From NCBI GenBank assembly GCA_964430615.1, contig CAYSGN010000005.1, forward strand, positions 3,395-67,394: a stretch of DNA of 64,000 nt, read 5' to 3'. A program made the translations under genes and the position numbers. The notes beneath the pieces were generated by a model. That model made no database searches and was not told the origin of the DNA. It saw only the letters and a program-made list of their open reading frames with translations. This document shows positions 46,967 through 59,900 of the stretch, piece after piece (the first letter of the stretch is position 1; every line of letters begins with the position of its first letter). Source of the DNA: an uncultured Janibacter sp. (GTDB taxonomy: Bacteria; Actinomycetota; Actinomycetes; Actinomycetales; Dermatophilaceae).

Positions 46967-47485
46967 TCAGAAGAGCGCATCGCGCTCCGCCGCCGGCGGG
47001 CGCTCCAGGTCGAGCAGGCGGCGCTTGCGCTCCAGGCCCCCGGCGTAGCCGGTGAGCGACCCGTCGCTGCCGACGACGCGGTGGCAGGGCACGAGGACCG
47101 AGATCGGGTTGGCCCCGACGGCCCGTCCGACGGCCTGGGCGGCGCCTCCGGTCTGCGCCGCGATCTCCCCGTAGGTCGTGGTGCGGCCGTAGGGGATGCG
47201 CTCGAGCAGGCGCCAGACCTCGCGGTGGTGCTCGCCGCCACGCAGGGCGTAGGGGATGTCGAAGGCGCGCCGTCCGCCGCCGAGGTACTCCTCGAGCTGC
47301 TCCGTGAGGTGCGCTAGGAGGGGCTCGTCCGCGAGGGTGACCTCCGGCCCGTGGTCGGCGCCCTGCGGCAGGGTCCAGTGACCGGGGAAGTACAGCCCGA
47401 CGAGGACCGTGCCCGCAGCCGATGTGTCGACGACCGCGGTGAGGTCGCCGAGGCCGGTCGGGAGGGTCGCGTGCCGCATGGTCAT
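46967..47485 (-). CDS. ogt: Methylated-DNA-protein-cysteine methyltransferase
   Basis: IPYGRTTTYGEIA, AVGRAVGANP, VPCHRVV, GYAGG. Confidence 0.9.
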   Translation of the reverse strand: MTMRHATLPTGLGDLTAVVDTSAAGTVLVGLYFPGHWTLPQGADHGPEVTLADEPLLAHLTEQLEEYLGGGRRAFDIPYALRGGEHHREVWRLLERIPYGRTTTYGEIAAQTGGAAQAVGRAVGANPISVLVPCHRVVGSDGSLTGYAGGLERKRRLLDLERPPAAERDALF

Positions 47486-47580
47486 GCTCTCGATCATCGT
47501 CGATCCCGGTGCGAGGTGTACGTCCATGCCCCGTGGACGCGCGGGAGCAGGGTTTCGTGAGATGGGTAGCCTTGCGCGCC

Positions 47581-48570
47581 ATGAGCATCCGCGCATGGCA
47601 GGTCCAGCAGCTCGGTGAGCCCGCCGACGTCCTCACCCTCGTCGACGTCTCGGTGCCGGAGCCCCGCCCCGGGCAGGTGCGGGTGGCGGTGCGCTCCCGC
47701 GCGCTGAACTTCGCGGACATCCTCCTCTGCCGCGGCGAGTACCAGGTCCGGCCGGAGCCTCCCTTCGTCCCCGGTCTGGAGGTGTGCGGCGACGTCCTCG
47801 CCGTCGGCGAGGGGGTCGATCACGTCGAGGTCGGTGACCGGGTGCTCGGGGGGACCGACCTCCCCTTCGGCGGGTACGCCACGGAGTGCCTCATGGAGGC
47901 CGACGCGACCTTCGCGGCACCGGAGGGCCTCGACGACGCCGCTGCCGCGGCGCTCATGGTCAGCTATCAGACGGGGTGGTTCGGGCTGCACCGCCGCGCC
48001 GGCCTGCGCGACAGGGAGCACCTCCTCGTCCACGCCGCCTCCGGCGGTGTCGGCTCGGCCGCCGTGCAGCTGGGCAAGGCCGCCGGTGCGCACGTCATCG
48101 GGGTCGTCGGCGGGGCGGACAAGGTGGCGATCGCCCACGACCTCGGGTGCGACGTGGTCATCGACCGTCGCGAGGAGGACGTCATCGGGCGGGTCAAGGA
48201 GGCCACGGGCGGCCGTGGCGCCGACGTGGTCTACGACCCGGTCGGTGGCAGCGCCTACCAGCAGAGCACGAAGTGCATCGCCTTCGAGGGACGCATCGTC
48301 GTCGTCGGCTTCGCCAGCGGCCGGGTGCCAGAGCCGCGCCTGAACCACGCGCTCGTCAAGAACTACTCGGTCCTCGGCCTGCACTGGGGCCTCTACCGCG
48401 AGCACGACCTGCCTCTGGTGCGCCGGTGCCACGACGAGCTGGTCCGGCTCGCCGACGACGGGCGGATCGCGCCCCTCGTCACCGAGCGCTTCCCCTTCGA
48501 GGAGACGCCGGCCGCGTTCGCCCGTCTGGCCGGGGGCTCGAGCACCGGACGCATCGTCATCGAGGGCTGA
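47581..48570 (+). CDS. NADPH:quinone oxidoreductase-family MDR
   Basis: PFVPGLE, LVHAASGGVGS, YDPVGG, GRIVVVGF. Confidence 0.88.
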   Translation: MSIRAWQVQQLGEPADVLTLVDVSVPEPRPGQVRVAVRSRALNFADILLCRGEYQVRPEPPFVPGLEVCGDVLAVGEGVDHVEVGDRVLGGTDLPFGGYATECLMEADATFAAPEGLDDAAAAALMVSYQTGWFGLHRRAGLRDREHLLVHAASGGVGSAAVQLGKAAGAHVIGVVGGADKVAIAHDLGCDVVIDRREEDVIGRVKEATGGRGADVVYDPVGGSAYQQSTKCIAFEGRIVVVGFASGRVPEPRLNHALVKNYSVLGLHWGLYREHDLPLVRRCHDELVRLADDGRIAPLVTERFPFEETPAAFARLAGGSSTGRIVIEG

Positions 48571-48607
48571 GGGTCCTCGCTCGGCACCTCGTCGACCGGG
48601 CCCGCGG

Positions 48608-49519
48608 TCAGGGTGCCGTCAGCGGCTCGGCCAGCCGGCTCAGCTCCGCGAGGGCGTGCGCGACCGGGCGACGCCGCTGGGCACCGGCTCGGGTGACGGC
48701 GGCGATCCGTCGGGACGGCGCGTGCTCCCCGGACAGCGGGATCCGGGCCACCGGGTGCAGGTCGGGCCACCGGGAGAGCCGGGAGACGACGCACACCCCG
48801 AAGCCGGCGGAGACCAGGGCGATGCCGGTCTCCCACTCGTCGGCGTGGTGGGCGATCTTCGGGGTGAACCCCGCGCCCGCGCAGGAGGCCATGACGAGCT
48901 GGTGGTACGTGCCGCCCGGGCGCCCGATGATCCAGTCCTCCTCGGCGGCGTCGGCGATGGACACCGACGCCTGGCGGGCCAGCGGGTGGTCCTGCGGGAC
49001 GACGAGGTCCAGCGGGTCGTCCAGGAGCAGGTGCTGCGCGAAGCGCCCCTCCGTCCGCGGTGGGGTCGAGGCGGTCACGACCACCACGCCGAGATCGGCG
49101 TCACCGGCGAGCACGAGGTCGTAGCACTCGCTCGGCTCGGCCTCCACCAGACGGGTCTCCAGCTGCGGGTACTCGAGCGTCAGCGCGCGCATGACCGGGG
49201 GGAGGAGAGCGCTGGCGGCGGTCGAGAAGCCGCAGACGGTGAAGGTGCCCTGGACCGTGTCGGTGTAGGCGTCCAGGGCCGCCCGTGCCCGCTCCCACTC
49301 CTCGGACATGACGTCGATGTGCCCCAGCAGGGTCCGCGCGGCCGGGGTGAGCCGCACATTCCGGCCGTGCCGCTCGAGCAGGTCGACGCGCAGCTCGTCC
49401 GCGAGCTGGGCGACCCGCTGCGAGACCGTCGACGGCGAGTACCGCAACGCCTCGGCGGCGCCGGTCACCGTGCCGTGCCGGTCGATCATCTCGAGCATGG
49501 TGAGCCGGACATCGATCAT
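48608..49519 (-). CDS. LysR family transcriptional regulator
   Basis: N-terminal GTVTGAAEALRYSPSTVSQ HTH, LLER..R..RLT. Confidence 0.9.
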   Translation of the reverse strand: MIDVRLTMLEMIDRHGTVTGAAEALRYSPSTVSQRVAQLADELRVDLLERHGRNVRLTPAARTLLGHIDVMSEEWERARAALDAYTDTVQGTFTVCGFSTAASALLPPVMRALTLEYPQLETRLVEAEPSECYDLVLAGDADLGVVVVTASTPPRTEGRFAQHLLLDDPLDLVVPQDHPLARQASVSIADAAEEDWIIGRPGGTYHQLVMASCAGAGFTPKIAHHADEWETGIALVSAGFGVCVVSRLSRWPDLHPVARIPLSGEHAPSRRIAAVTRAGAQRRRPVAHALAELSRLAEPLTAP

Positions 49520-50874
49520 GCGGCTGGACCGAAGGGTTTCAATCGAGATCCTGTGACGGTCAAGAAGGGTCGGTTCGTCGCATCCTACGTGCGGGACACC
49601 TCACGTGTCCGTTCCCACACCTCGCAGAAGGAGTTCTGGTGTCCGACCGCGCCGTCGCTGCGGGCTCGTCCCGGCAGCTGCGGGTCGGCGCAGGCGCCCT
49701 GGCCGCCCTGTCCGCCGCCGCCAACATGGCCAGCCCTCTCTACCCGCTCCACCAGCAGGCCCACACGATGTCGGACCTGTCGATGACCCTGCTCCACGCC
49801 ACCTTCGCCGCGGCCGCGCTGCCGGCGCTGCTGCTCTTCGGCTCCGCAGCCGACTCGTTCGGCCGGCGCCCCGTGCTGCTGGCGGGCCTGGGGGTCGCCG
49901 CCCTCGGGTCGACGGCCTTCGCGCTGGACCTGGGCGGCGTCGCCGGACTCTTCCTGGGGCGGGTGCTGCTCGGGGTCGGCCTGGGTCTGGGCACCGGCGG
50001 TGGGATCGCGCTCATGGTCGAGGCGTCGCCGGCGCACCGCCCCTCGCTCGGCTCGACGACGGCCACGGTCGCCTTCGTCGCGGGGACCGGGCTGGGGCCG
50101 GCACTCGCCGGGGAGGTCGCCGAGCTCTCCGGCAGCACCCGCACCCCCTACCTCACCGCGCTCGCTGTCCTGGCCCTCGTGGCGTGGCGGGTCCGGCGAC
50201 TGCCGGCGTACCGCCCGGTCACCCAGCAGCGCTGGCGGCCCACACGGCCGGCCGTCCCCGCCTCGATGCGCGAGACCTTCGCGGTGGCCTCCGCCACCGG
50301 ATTCCTCGGGTGGGCCGCCGTGGGGATCATCCTCGGGGTGCTGCCCGCGGTGGTCACGGACGCGCTCCCCGGCGCCGGTCCCGCGCTGACCGGCACCGTG
50401 GCGGGCTCGGTCCTCCTCGTGTCCGCCGCCAGCCAGGTCCCCGCCCCGTGGCTGCGCCCCCGCGCCGCGCAGACGATCGGCCTCGCCCTCCTCGCCCTGG
50501 GCGCCACGCTGCTGCTCATGGCCCAGCTCGTGGTGCTCGGCGACGGACGGGTCATCGCGGTGACGGTGGTCGCCGCGATCGTCACGGGCGCCGGGCACGG
50601 GCTGAGCTACTGGGGCGCCAACCGGGAGACCGACGTGCTGACGCCCCCGGCCCGCCGCGCCGAGGTCACGGCCGCGCTCTACCTCGCCTTCTACCTGGGG
50701 TCCGGGCTGCCGTCCGTGGCCATCGGCCTGCTGTCGGCGACGATCTCCCTGGAGGCGGCCTTCGTCGTGGTCCTCCTGACCCTGCTGCTGGCCACCATCG
50801 CCTTCATGCCGGTCCCCGGCCTGACCGTCGTCGGTCTCCGGCCCCCTCGTGCCGCCGGCGGGCCCGAGGGGTCC

Positions 50875-53340
<2,466 letters not shown>

Positions 53341-53352
53341 CCGGGCATCGTG

Positions 53353-54204
53353 TCAGAAGCGGTGGGGTCCTTGGGCCATCCCCTGGAGGCGAGCGATCCG
53401 CTGGTCCATCGGCGGGTGGGTGGACATCAGCCTGGAGACGTCCCGCGCGCTGAAGGGGTTGGCGATCATCATGTGGCTGGCGTTCTGGAGCTGCGGGGTC
53501 GGCTCGAGCGGGGCGGCGGCCACCCCGTGCTGGAGCTTGTCGAGCGCCGACGCGAGCGCCATCGGGTCACCGGTGAGCTTCGCGCCGTCCTCGTCCGCGT
53601 CGTACTCACGGGTGCGGCTGATCGCCATCTGGATGACCATCGCCCCCACGGGCGCGAGCAGGGCGACGAGGATCGCGGCGACGGGGTTGCGGTCCCGGCC
53701 GCCGAACCACAGGCCGATCGAAGCGACGGAGGAGATGACCCCGGCCACGGCACCGGCGACCGAGCTGGTGAGGATGTCGCGGTTGTAGACGTGCATCAGC
53801 TCGTGGCCGAGGACGCCGCGCAGCTCGCGCTCGTCGAGCAGCTCGAGGATCCCCTCGGTGCAGCACACGGCCGCGTGCTCGGGGTTGCGGCCGGTCGCGA
53901 AGGCGTTCGGAGCCCGCGTCGGCGAGACGTACAGACTCGGCATCGGCTGCCCGGCGCGCTGGCTCAGCTCCTGGACGATCCGGTGGATCTGCGGGAACTG
54001 CTGCGGGTCGGCCGGGTAGGCGCGCATCGCCTTGATGGCCAGCTTGTCGGAGTTCCAGTAGGAGTACGCGGTCATCCCGACGCCGACGAGGCCGAAGAGC
54101 CACATGAACATGCTGCCGCCGAGCGCGTACCCGACGAGCAGGAGCAGCGTGAAGATCCCGCCGAAGAGGGCGGCGGTCTTCAACCCGTTGAAATGCCTGT
54201 GCAT
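53353..54204 (-). CDS. htpX: Zinc metalloprotease HtpX
   Basis: PNAFATGRNP, HELMH, SRTREY.AD, THPP; ATG 54204 (MHRHFNGLKT). Confidence 0.93.
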   Translation of the reverse strand: MHRHFNGLKTAALFGGIFTLLLLVGYALGGSMFMWLFGLVGVGMTAYSYWNSDKLAIKAMRAYPADPQQFPQIHRIVQELSQRAGQPMPSLYVSPTRAPNAFATGRNPEHAAVCCTEGILELLDERELRGVLGHELMHVYNRDILTSSVAGAVAGVISSVASIGLWFGGRDRNPVAAILVALLAPVGAMVIQMAISRTREYDADEDGAKLTGDPMALASALDKLQHGVAAAPLEPTPQLQNASHMMIANPFSARDVSRLMSTHPPMDQRIARLQGMAQGPHRF

Positions 54205-54213
54205 GTCGTGCAC

Positions 54214-54240
54214 AACGTTCGGAGAGAGCGGTTACGTTCC
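54214..54240 (-). promoter_or_regulatory. ECF (SigE/SigH-like) promoter of htpX
   Basis: GGAAC-N18-CGTT on the minus strand, overlapping the nuoN stop and 9 nt before the ATG. Confidence 0.6.
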
Positions 54241-55752
54241 CACGCCGAGCAGCAGGACGGGCACGAAGGTGGCGGCGACGAGCAGCAGCCCGGTCGCCAC
54301 GCTCACCGCGGTCCCTGCCCGTCGGACCGGCTCCACCGCCCTCGGGCCCTCGTCGGGCAGGATCACCAGGGCCAGCCACCGCAGGTAGACCGCGATGCCG
54401 AGGACTGCCGCGGCGACGGCCGGGAGGGCGACCCACCAGACCCCCTCCGCAGCGAGGGGCCGCAGCACGACGATCTTCGCGAGGAGCCCGGCGACGCCGG
54501 GAGGCAGCCCGGCGAGCGTCAGCAGCCCCAGCCCGAGGACGGCGGCGTGGACGGGCCGGCGGCGCAGCAGTCCGCGGTCTTGCCCGAGGGTGCGTCGCCC
54601 GTCCGACGAGAGCGAGGCGACGACCGCCAGCACGGCGGCGGACGCGACGACGTAGACCGCGAGGTAGCCGACCGCGGCGGCGATGTCGCCGCCGGCCAGC
54701 GCCGCGACGACCCAGCCTGCCTGGGTCACCCCGGACCAGGCCATGAGGCGGAGGGGGTCGGTCGCGGTGAGCGCGAGGACGGCACCGACGAGCATGGAGA
54801 CCACCGCGAGGGCACCGAGCAGCGGGGTGAGCAGCTCGGCGACGCCCGTGGCGGCCCGCACGACGGCGACCAGGGCGCCGAGTGCGGCGACGCTCGAGAC
54901 GGTGGCGAGCAGCAGGGCGACGACGGTGCCGGACCGCGGGTAGGTGGCCGGGGCCCAGGCGTGGAAGGGCACGAGCGAGAGCTTGAAGGCCACCCCGGCG
55001 ACGAGGAGCACGGCGCCGAGGGTCAGGACCGCCGGCGCCTGGTCCCCCTGGACGGCGGACCACGCGGAGGCCTCGTCCAACCGGATGCTGCCGGTGGCGA
55101 GGGTCCACGCACCGGCCCCGACGACCGCGATGGCGAAGGAGGTCACCGAGGTGGTGATCAGATGCATCGCCCCGCTGTCGGCGAGATGGCCGCGCAGCAC
55201 GGCCAGGGCGACGATCGGCAGCGTCGCCAGCTCGAGGCCGACGAGCCAGCTGCCCAGGTCGTGGGCCCCCGCGACGACCGTGGCCCCGGTGACGGTGGCC
55301 AGCAGCAGCGCCGCGTCCACACCGGGCCCGCCGTCGTCCCGCTCCTCTCCCGGACGGTCGTCGGCGTCGGCGGGGATCCCGAGCAGCAGCCAGAGGACCG
55401 CGAGGCCGGCGGCCGACGCGAGCGCCATGAGGGTCGCGCCGGACCCGTCGACGCGCAGCAGGCACTCGGACAGCTCGCTGCCCGGAGGCACGGTGACCGA
55501 CATCGCGGGGTCGCCGGGCACGCAGACGGTGGCCAGGCTCCCCTCCGAGGCGGAGCGCACCCGCAGCACCACGGAGGCGACGAGAGAGACGAGCAGTGCC
55601 AGCGCGCCGAGCCCGAGGACGGCGGTGCGCCGCCGGGGCCACACGGCGTCGAGCGCGAGGACGAGGACGGCGCCGACGGCCGGGCCGAGGACGGGGGCGG
55701 CGACGAGCAGGTCGATGCGCGGGGCCCCTCCGAGCGCGGTCAGGGCGGTCAT
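54232..55752 (-). CDS. nuoN: NADH-quinone oxidoreductase subunit N
   Basis: FKLSLVPFHAWAP, LAGLPP, multi-TM antiporter-like subunit. Confidence 0.85.
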   Translation of the reverse strand: MTALTALGGAPRIDLLVAAPVLGPAVGAVLVLALDAVWPRRRTAVLGLGALALLVSLVASVVLRVRSASEGSLATVCVPGDPAMSVTVPPGSELSECLLRVDGSGATLMALASAAGLAVLWLLLGIPADADDRPGEERDDGGPGVDAALLLATVTGATVVAGAHDLGSWLVGLELATLPIVALAVLRGHLADSGAMHLITTSVTSFAIAVVGAGAWTLATGSIRLDEASAWSAVQGDQAPAVLTLGAVLLVAGVAFKLSLVPFHAWAPATYPRSGTVVALLLATVSSVAALGALVAVVRAATGVAELLTPLLGALAVVSMLVGAVLALTATDPLRLMAWSGVTQAGWVVAALAGGDIAAAVGYLAVYVVASAAVLAVVASLSSDGRRTLGQDRGLLRRRPVHAAVLGLGLLTLAGLPPGVAGLLAKIVVLRPLAAEGVWWVALPAVAAAVLGIAVYLRWLALVILPDEGPRAVEPVRRAGTAVSVATGLLLVAATFVPVLLLGVGT

Positions 55753-57242
55753 CGGGTCACCACGCTCGTGAGGGCGGGGTCGGTCACGGCGAGCAGCAGG
55801 CCCGGTGCGATCCCGAGGGCGACGATCGTCACGGCGAGCACCGCGCCGGGCACGAGGTCGGTCCCGGCGAGCTCGTCGACGAGCCCGTCGTGCTCCGCGG
55901 TGCCGGAGGTCCGGTCGTGGCCCTCACCGAGCCAGACGAGGCGGGCCACCCGCAGGGCGTAGCCCGCCGCGAGGGCTCCTCCGACCGCGGCGGCCGCGGC
56001 GCACCCGACGAAGAGCCGGTGCGGACGGTCCGCTGCCGGGTCCAGCGCCGCGACCACGGTGATGAACTCGCCCCAGAAGGCCGCGAGCCCCGGCAGGCCG
56101 AGGCCCGCCGCGAGACCGATGACGAGCAGCAGACCGGTCTTCGGGGCGTGCTCGCGCAGCGCGGTGCGCGGCACGCTCAGGTCGTCCCCGCCCCAGCGGT
56201 GCTTCAGGCCGCCGACGACGAGGAAGAGCAGCGCGGAGATCACCCCGTGGGCGATGTTGCCGTAGACGGCGGCGGCCACACCGGTCGCCGTCCCGGTCGC
56301 GAGCGCGAGCACGACGAAGCCCATGTGCGCGATCGAGGACCAGGCGATCAGACGCTTGAGCTCCCGCTCGACGAGGCAGACCAGACCACCCCAGACGATG
56401 CCGACCGCGCCGCACACGGCCAGCACGGGCGAGAGCGTCGCGAAGCCCTCCGGGACGGTGGCCAGCGGCAGCCGGATGATGCCGTAGGTGCCCATCTTCA
56501 GCAGCACCGCGGCCAGCAGCATCGAGCCGGCGGTCGGCGCGGTGGTGTGCGCGAGCGGCAGCCACGAGTGGAGCGGCCACACGGGCACCTTGACCGCGAG
56601 CCCGAGGGTGAGCAGCACGGCGATGACGGTCTGGGTCGTCGTGTCGATGCCCTGGCCGCGGGCGGCCCCGAGCGTGGCCAGGTCCGCGGTGCCGGCGCTG
56701 CTGACGAGCAGCAGCACCCCGAGCAGCATGAGCGTCGAGCCGAAGCCGGTGTAGAGCACGAAGCGGGCACCAGCGGCGGCCCGCTGCCCGGGTCGACGGT
56801 CGTCGCCGAAGCGGGTGATGAGCACCCACATCGGCACGAGCACGAGCTCGAAGGCGACGACGAAGAGGACCGCGTCACGGGCGGCGAAGGTGGCGACCGC
56901 ACCGGCGAGGGTCAGCAGCAGGCACCCGACGAAGGTGGCCCCGCTGCCACCCCGCGGCCCGTCGTCGAGGGCGGTGTAGCAGGCGGCGGAGGTGACGAGC
57001 GCGGACAGGGCCGCGAGCGGCCCCCCGATGCCGTCGAGGGCCAGGTGCAGGCGCAGCCCGAGCGCCGGCAGCCACGGGATGTCGACCCCGGCGCCCGACC
57101 ACCAGGAGAAGGCGACGAGCGCGAGCGTCGTGAGCGAGAGGGCCAGTCCCACGCGGGCGGCCACCCGGTGGTTCATCTCGGTACCGCCGCCGAGCAGCAC
57201 GACCCCCGCGAGCAGGGGCACGAGGCAGGCCAGGACGATCAT
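55749..57242 (-). CDS. nuoM: NADH-quinone oxidoreductase subunit M
   Basis: FELVLVP, VKVPVWPLHSWLP.AH, LLKMGTYG, SSIAHMG. Confidence 0.9.
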   Translation of the reverse strand: MIVLACLVPLLAGVVLLGGGTEMNHRVAARVGLALSLTTLALVAFSWWSGAGVDIPWLPALGLRLHLALDGIGGPLAALSALVTSAACYTALDDGPRGGSGATFVGCLLLTLAGAVATFAARDAVLFVVAFELVLVPMWVLITRFGDDRRPGQRAAAGARFVLYTGFGSTLMLLGVLLLVSSAGTADLATLGAARGQGIDTTTQTVIAVLLTLGLAVKVPVWPLHSWLPLAHTTAPTAGSMLLAAVLLKMGTYGIIRLPLATVPEGFATLSPVLAVCGAVGIVWGGLVCLVERELKRLIAWSSIAHMGFVVLALATGTATGVAAAVYGNIAHGVISALLFLVVGGLKHRWGGDDLSVPRTALREHAPKTGLLLVIGLAAGLGLPGLAAFWGEFITVVAALDPAADRPHRLFVGCAAAAAVGGALAAGYALRVARLVWLGEGHDRTSGTAEHDGLVDELAGTDLVPGAVLAVTIVALGIAPGLLLAVTDPALTSVVTR

Positions 57243-59086
57243 GCGAGCACCCCCGTGACGAGGCCGGTGAGCGCCACTGCGGCGACGAGGCCGACCCCGA
57301 CGAGGGTCAGGCCGATCGTCGGCCGCGCCCGCCGGTGGGCACGCTCACCGGCTGCGCTGCTCCCGAGGGCGGCGCGGGTGAGGGCGCCGACGTAGGAGTC
57401 GAGCAGGTCGCGGTCGGCGTAGGCGACGAGCCGCGCCAGGGCCAGGACGGGGCGCACGACGGTGACCCGGTAGACGGTGTCGACACCGAGCCCGGCGCCG
57501 ACCCCGGCCCCGACCCGCCCCTCGAGGAGCCGGTCCAGCCCGAGGCGGGTGTGCAGCAGCCAGCCCAACCCGATCCCGGCGAGCACCGCGAGGATCATCA
57601 GACCGAAGAGCGGCAGGGGCACGTGCGCGGCCTCCGGCAGACGCCCGAGGCCGAGGCCACCGAGGAGGCTGAGCACGCCGAGGACGACGAGCACGACGGC
57701 GACGGCGGAGGGCATGACGGCACGGCGGCCGTCCCGCCCCTCGTCCCCGGTCGTCGCGATGAGCAGTGCGCGCGTGGCGTAGGCCGCGGAGAGCACGGCG
57801 GTGGCGACGAGCGCGACGAGGACCACCTGCGCGAGTGTGCTCCCGGTCTCGGCGCCGTGGGCGGCGGAGGCGACGACCTCCTCCTTCGTCATCCCTCCGA
57901 GGACCATCGGGACGCCGGCGAGCGAGGCCAGGCCGGCGGCCCAGGCACCGAGCGCGACCGGATGTTGCCGGGCGCTGCCGGAGAGGGCCGCGATGCGGGT
58001 CGAGCCACGGGTCAGCGCCAGCCAGCCGACGACGAGGAAGAGCAGCGCCTTGAAGATCGCGTGACCGTAGAGGTGGCCGAGCGCGCTGCCGGCGGCGCCG
58101 TCGCCGACGACGGCGAGCGGGGCGAGCATGACGCCGATCTGGCTGATCGTCGACCAGGCGAGCAGTCGCTTCAGGTCCGGCTCGAGCAGGGCGCAGACGG
58201 CGGCGAGGACCATCGTCGCGGCGACGACGCCCCCGAGCACCGTGCGGGCGACCACCCCGTCCTCCCTCTGGAGCAGCGGCAGCAGCTGGGCGAGCACGAC
58301 CGTCCCGGCGGCGACCATCGTCGCTGCGTGGATGAGCGCCGAGGCGGGCGTCGGGCCCTCCATCGCGTCGAGCAGCCAGTTGTGGAAGGGCAGCTGGGCG
58401 GCCTTGCCGAGGACGCCGACGACGAGGAGCACGAGGGCCGCCGCCAGGGCGACGTGGTGCAGGTCGCCGCCCCCGCCGCTCCAGTGCTCGAGGACCCGCG
58501 CACGGTCGGTGCTGCCCGCACCCGCGACGAGCACGGCCGCCCCGAGGAGGAAGCCGATGTCGCTGATCCGGGTGACGATGAAGGAGCTGTGCGCCGCCCG
58601 TCGCGGGCCGGGCCGGTGCGACCAGTGGCCGATGAGCAGGTAGGAGCACCAGCCCATGACCTCCCAGCCGACGACGGTGAGGACGAGGTCCGCGGAGAGG
58701 ACGACCAGCACCATCGCCGCGCCGAAGAGGGAGATCGTCGCGTGGAAGACCCCCCGCCGGGAGTCCTCCGCGAGGTACCACGCCGCGTACGCCTGGACGG
58801 CAGCCACGACGAGCGCGACGACGAGGACGAGGAAGGTACTCGTGGCCGAGAGCGAGAGGCCGAGCGGGAGGTCCAGGCCCCCCATGACGTGGCCGGGACC
58901 GACCGCCGCCTCCTCGGCGAAGGGGGCCCTGCTCCCCGTCGACATGTGGAAGGCGCTCACGCCTGCGAGCGCCAGGGAGGTGGTGGAGGAGGCGATCGCC
59001 AGCGCCGCGGCGAGCGCGCCGAAGCGGGCGAGGAGCAGCAGGACCACGGCCGTCAGGGCCGGCAGCGCGACGAGGGACCAGGCCAT
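57239..59086 (-). CDS. nuoL: NADH-quinone oxidoreductase subunit L
   Basis: GWEVMGWCSYLLIG, GKAAQLP.H.WL.DAMEGPTPASALIHAATMV, HAIFKALLFL. Confidence 0.9.
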   Translation of the reverse strand: MAWSLVALPALTAVVLLLLARFGALAAALAIASSTTSLALAGVSAFHMSTGSRAPFAEEAAVGPGHVMGGLDLPLGLSLSATSTFLVLVVALVVAAVQAYAAWYLAEDSRRGVFHATISLFGAAMVLVVLSADLVLTVVGWEVMGWCSYLLIGHWSHRPGPRRAAHSSFIVTRISDIGFLLGAAVLVAGAGSTDRARVLEHWSGGGGDLHHVALAAALVLLVVGVLGKAAQLPFHNWLLDAMEGPTPASALIHAATMVAAGTVVLAQLLPLLQREDGVVARTVLGGVVAATMVLAAVCALLEPDLKRLLAWSTISQIGVMLAPLAVVGDGAAGSALGHLYGHAIFKALLFLVVGWLALTRGSTRIAALSGSARQHPVALGAWAAGLASLAGVPMVLGGMTKEEVVASAAHGAETGSTLAQVVLVALVATAVLSAAYATRALLIATTGDEGRDGRRAVMPSAVAVVLVVLGVLSLLGGLGLGRLPEAAHVPLPLFGLMILAVLAGIGLGWLLHTRLGLDRLLEGRVGAGVGAGLGVDTVYRVTVVRPVLALARLVAYADRDLLDSYVGALTRAALGSSAAGERAHRRARPTIGLTLVGVGLVAAVALTGLVTGVLA

Positions 59087-59385
59087 CACCCGGCGTCCTC
59101 CGCGAGGTCGATGCGGCCGCGGCGCCGGTAGGCGGCGACGATGACGGCCAGGGCGATGACGACCTCGGCGGCCGCGATGGTGATGACGAAGAGGGTGAGC
59201 ACCTGCCCGCTCCACGACTCGTCGCGACCGAGCGCACCGGCGGTGACGAGCAGGAGGCTCCCTCCGCCCAGGACGAGCTCGGCACCGACGAGCATGAGCA
59301 CGGCGTTGCGCCGGGCGAGGATGCCGTAGAGGCCCAGCCCCACGAGGAGGCTGGCGAGCACGTAGGGGCCGGCGAGGTGGATCAT
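59086..59385 (-). CDS. nuoK: NADH-quinone oxidoreductase subunit K
   Basis: GLYGILARRNAVLMLVGAEL, AAAEVVIAL; 99 aa. Confidence 0.9.
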   Translation of the reverse strand: MIHLAGPYVLASLLVGLGLYGILARRNAVLMLVGAELVLGGGSLLLVTAGALGRDESWSGQVLTLFVITIAAAEVVIALAVIVAAYRRRGRIDLAEDAG

Positions 59386-59900
59386 CCGCTCCCCTCCTCG
59401 GCACGGGTGCGCCCGCTCAGCCCGGAGACGGCGAAGGCGCCGACGAGGGCGGCGAGCAGGAGGAGGGAGAGCAGCTCGAAGGGCCACACCCAGGTCGCGA
59501 AGACCTGACGGGCCAGCTCCGCGGTCCCACCCGGGCGGACCTTCTCGTAGCCGGCCGTCGGCACGAGGACCGCCGCGACGAGCCCGGCCGTGCCGGCGCC
59601 GACGAGCGCCGCGAGCAGCCGGTGGAGCCGCGAGGTGGAGTGCTCGGAGCGCCGACCGATCGGCGCCCGGGTGAGCATGAGCGCCACGAGGACGAGCACG
59701 ACCACCGCGCCGACGTAGACGAGCACCTGGACGAGCGCGACGAGCTCGGCGCCGAGCACGAGGTAGCACCCGGCGAGGCCGAGCAGCGCGACGACGAGCC
59801 AGAGCGCGGAGTGGACGACCTGGCGGGTGGTGACGGCGAGGGCGGCGGAGCCGGCCGTGATGACGCCGGTGGCGACGAAGGCGAGGTCCAGCCCGGTCAC
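59382..59900 (-). CDS. nuoJ: NADH-quinone oxidoreductase subunit J
   Basis: [31 protein letters not shown]. Confidence 0.88.
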   Translation of the reverse strand: MTGLDLAFVATGVITAGSAALAVTTRQVVHSALWLVVALLGLAGCYLVLGAELVALVQVLVYVGAVVVLVLVALMLTRAPIGRRSEHSTSRLHRLLAALVGAGTAGLVAAVLVPTAGYEKVRPGGTAELARQVFATWVWPFELLSLLLLAALVGAFAVSGLSGRTRAEEGSG

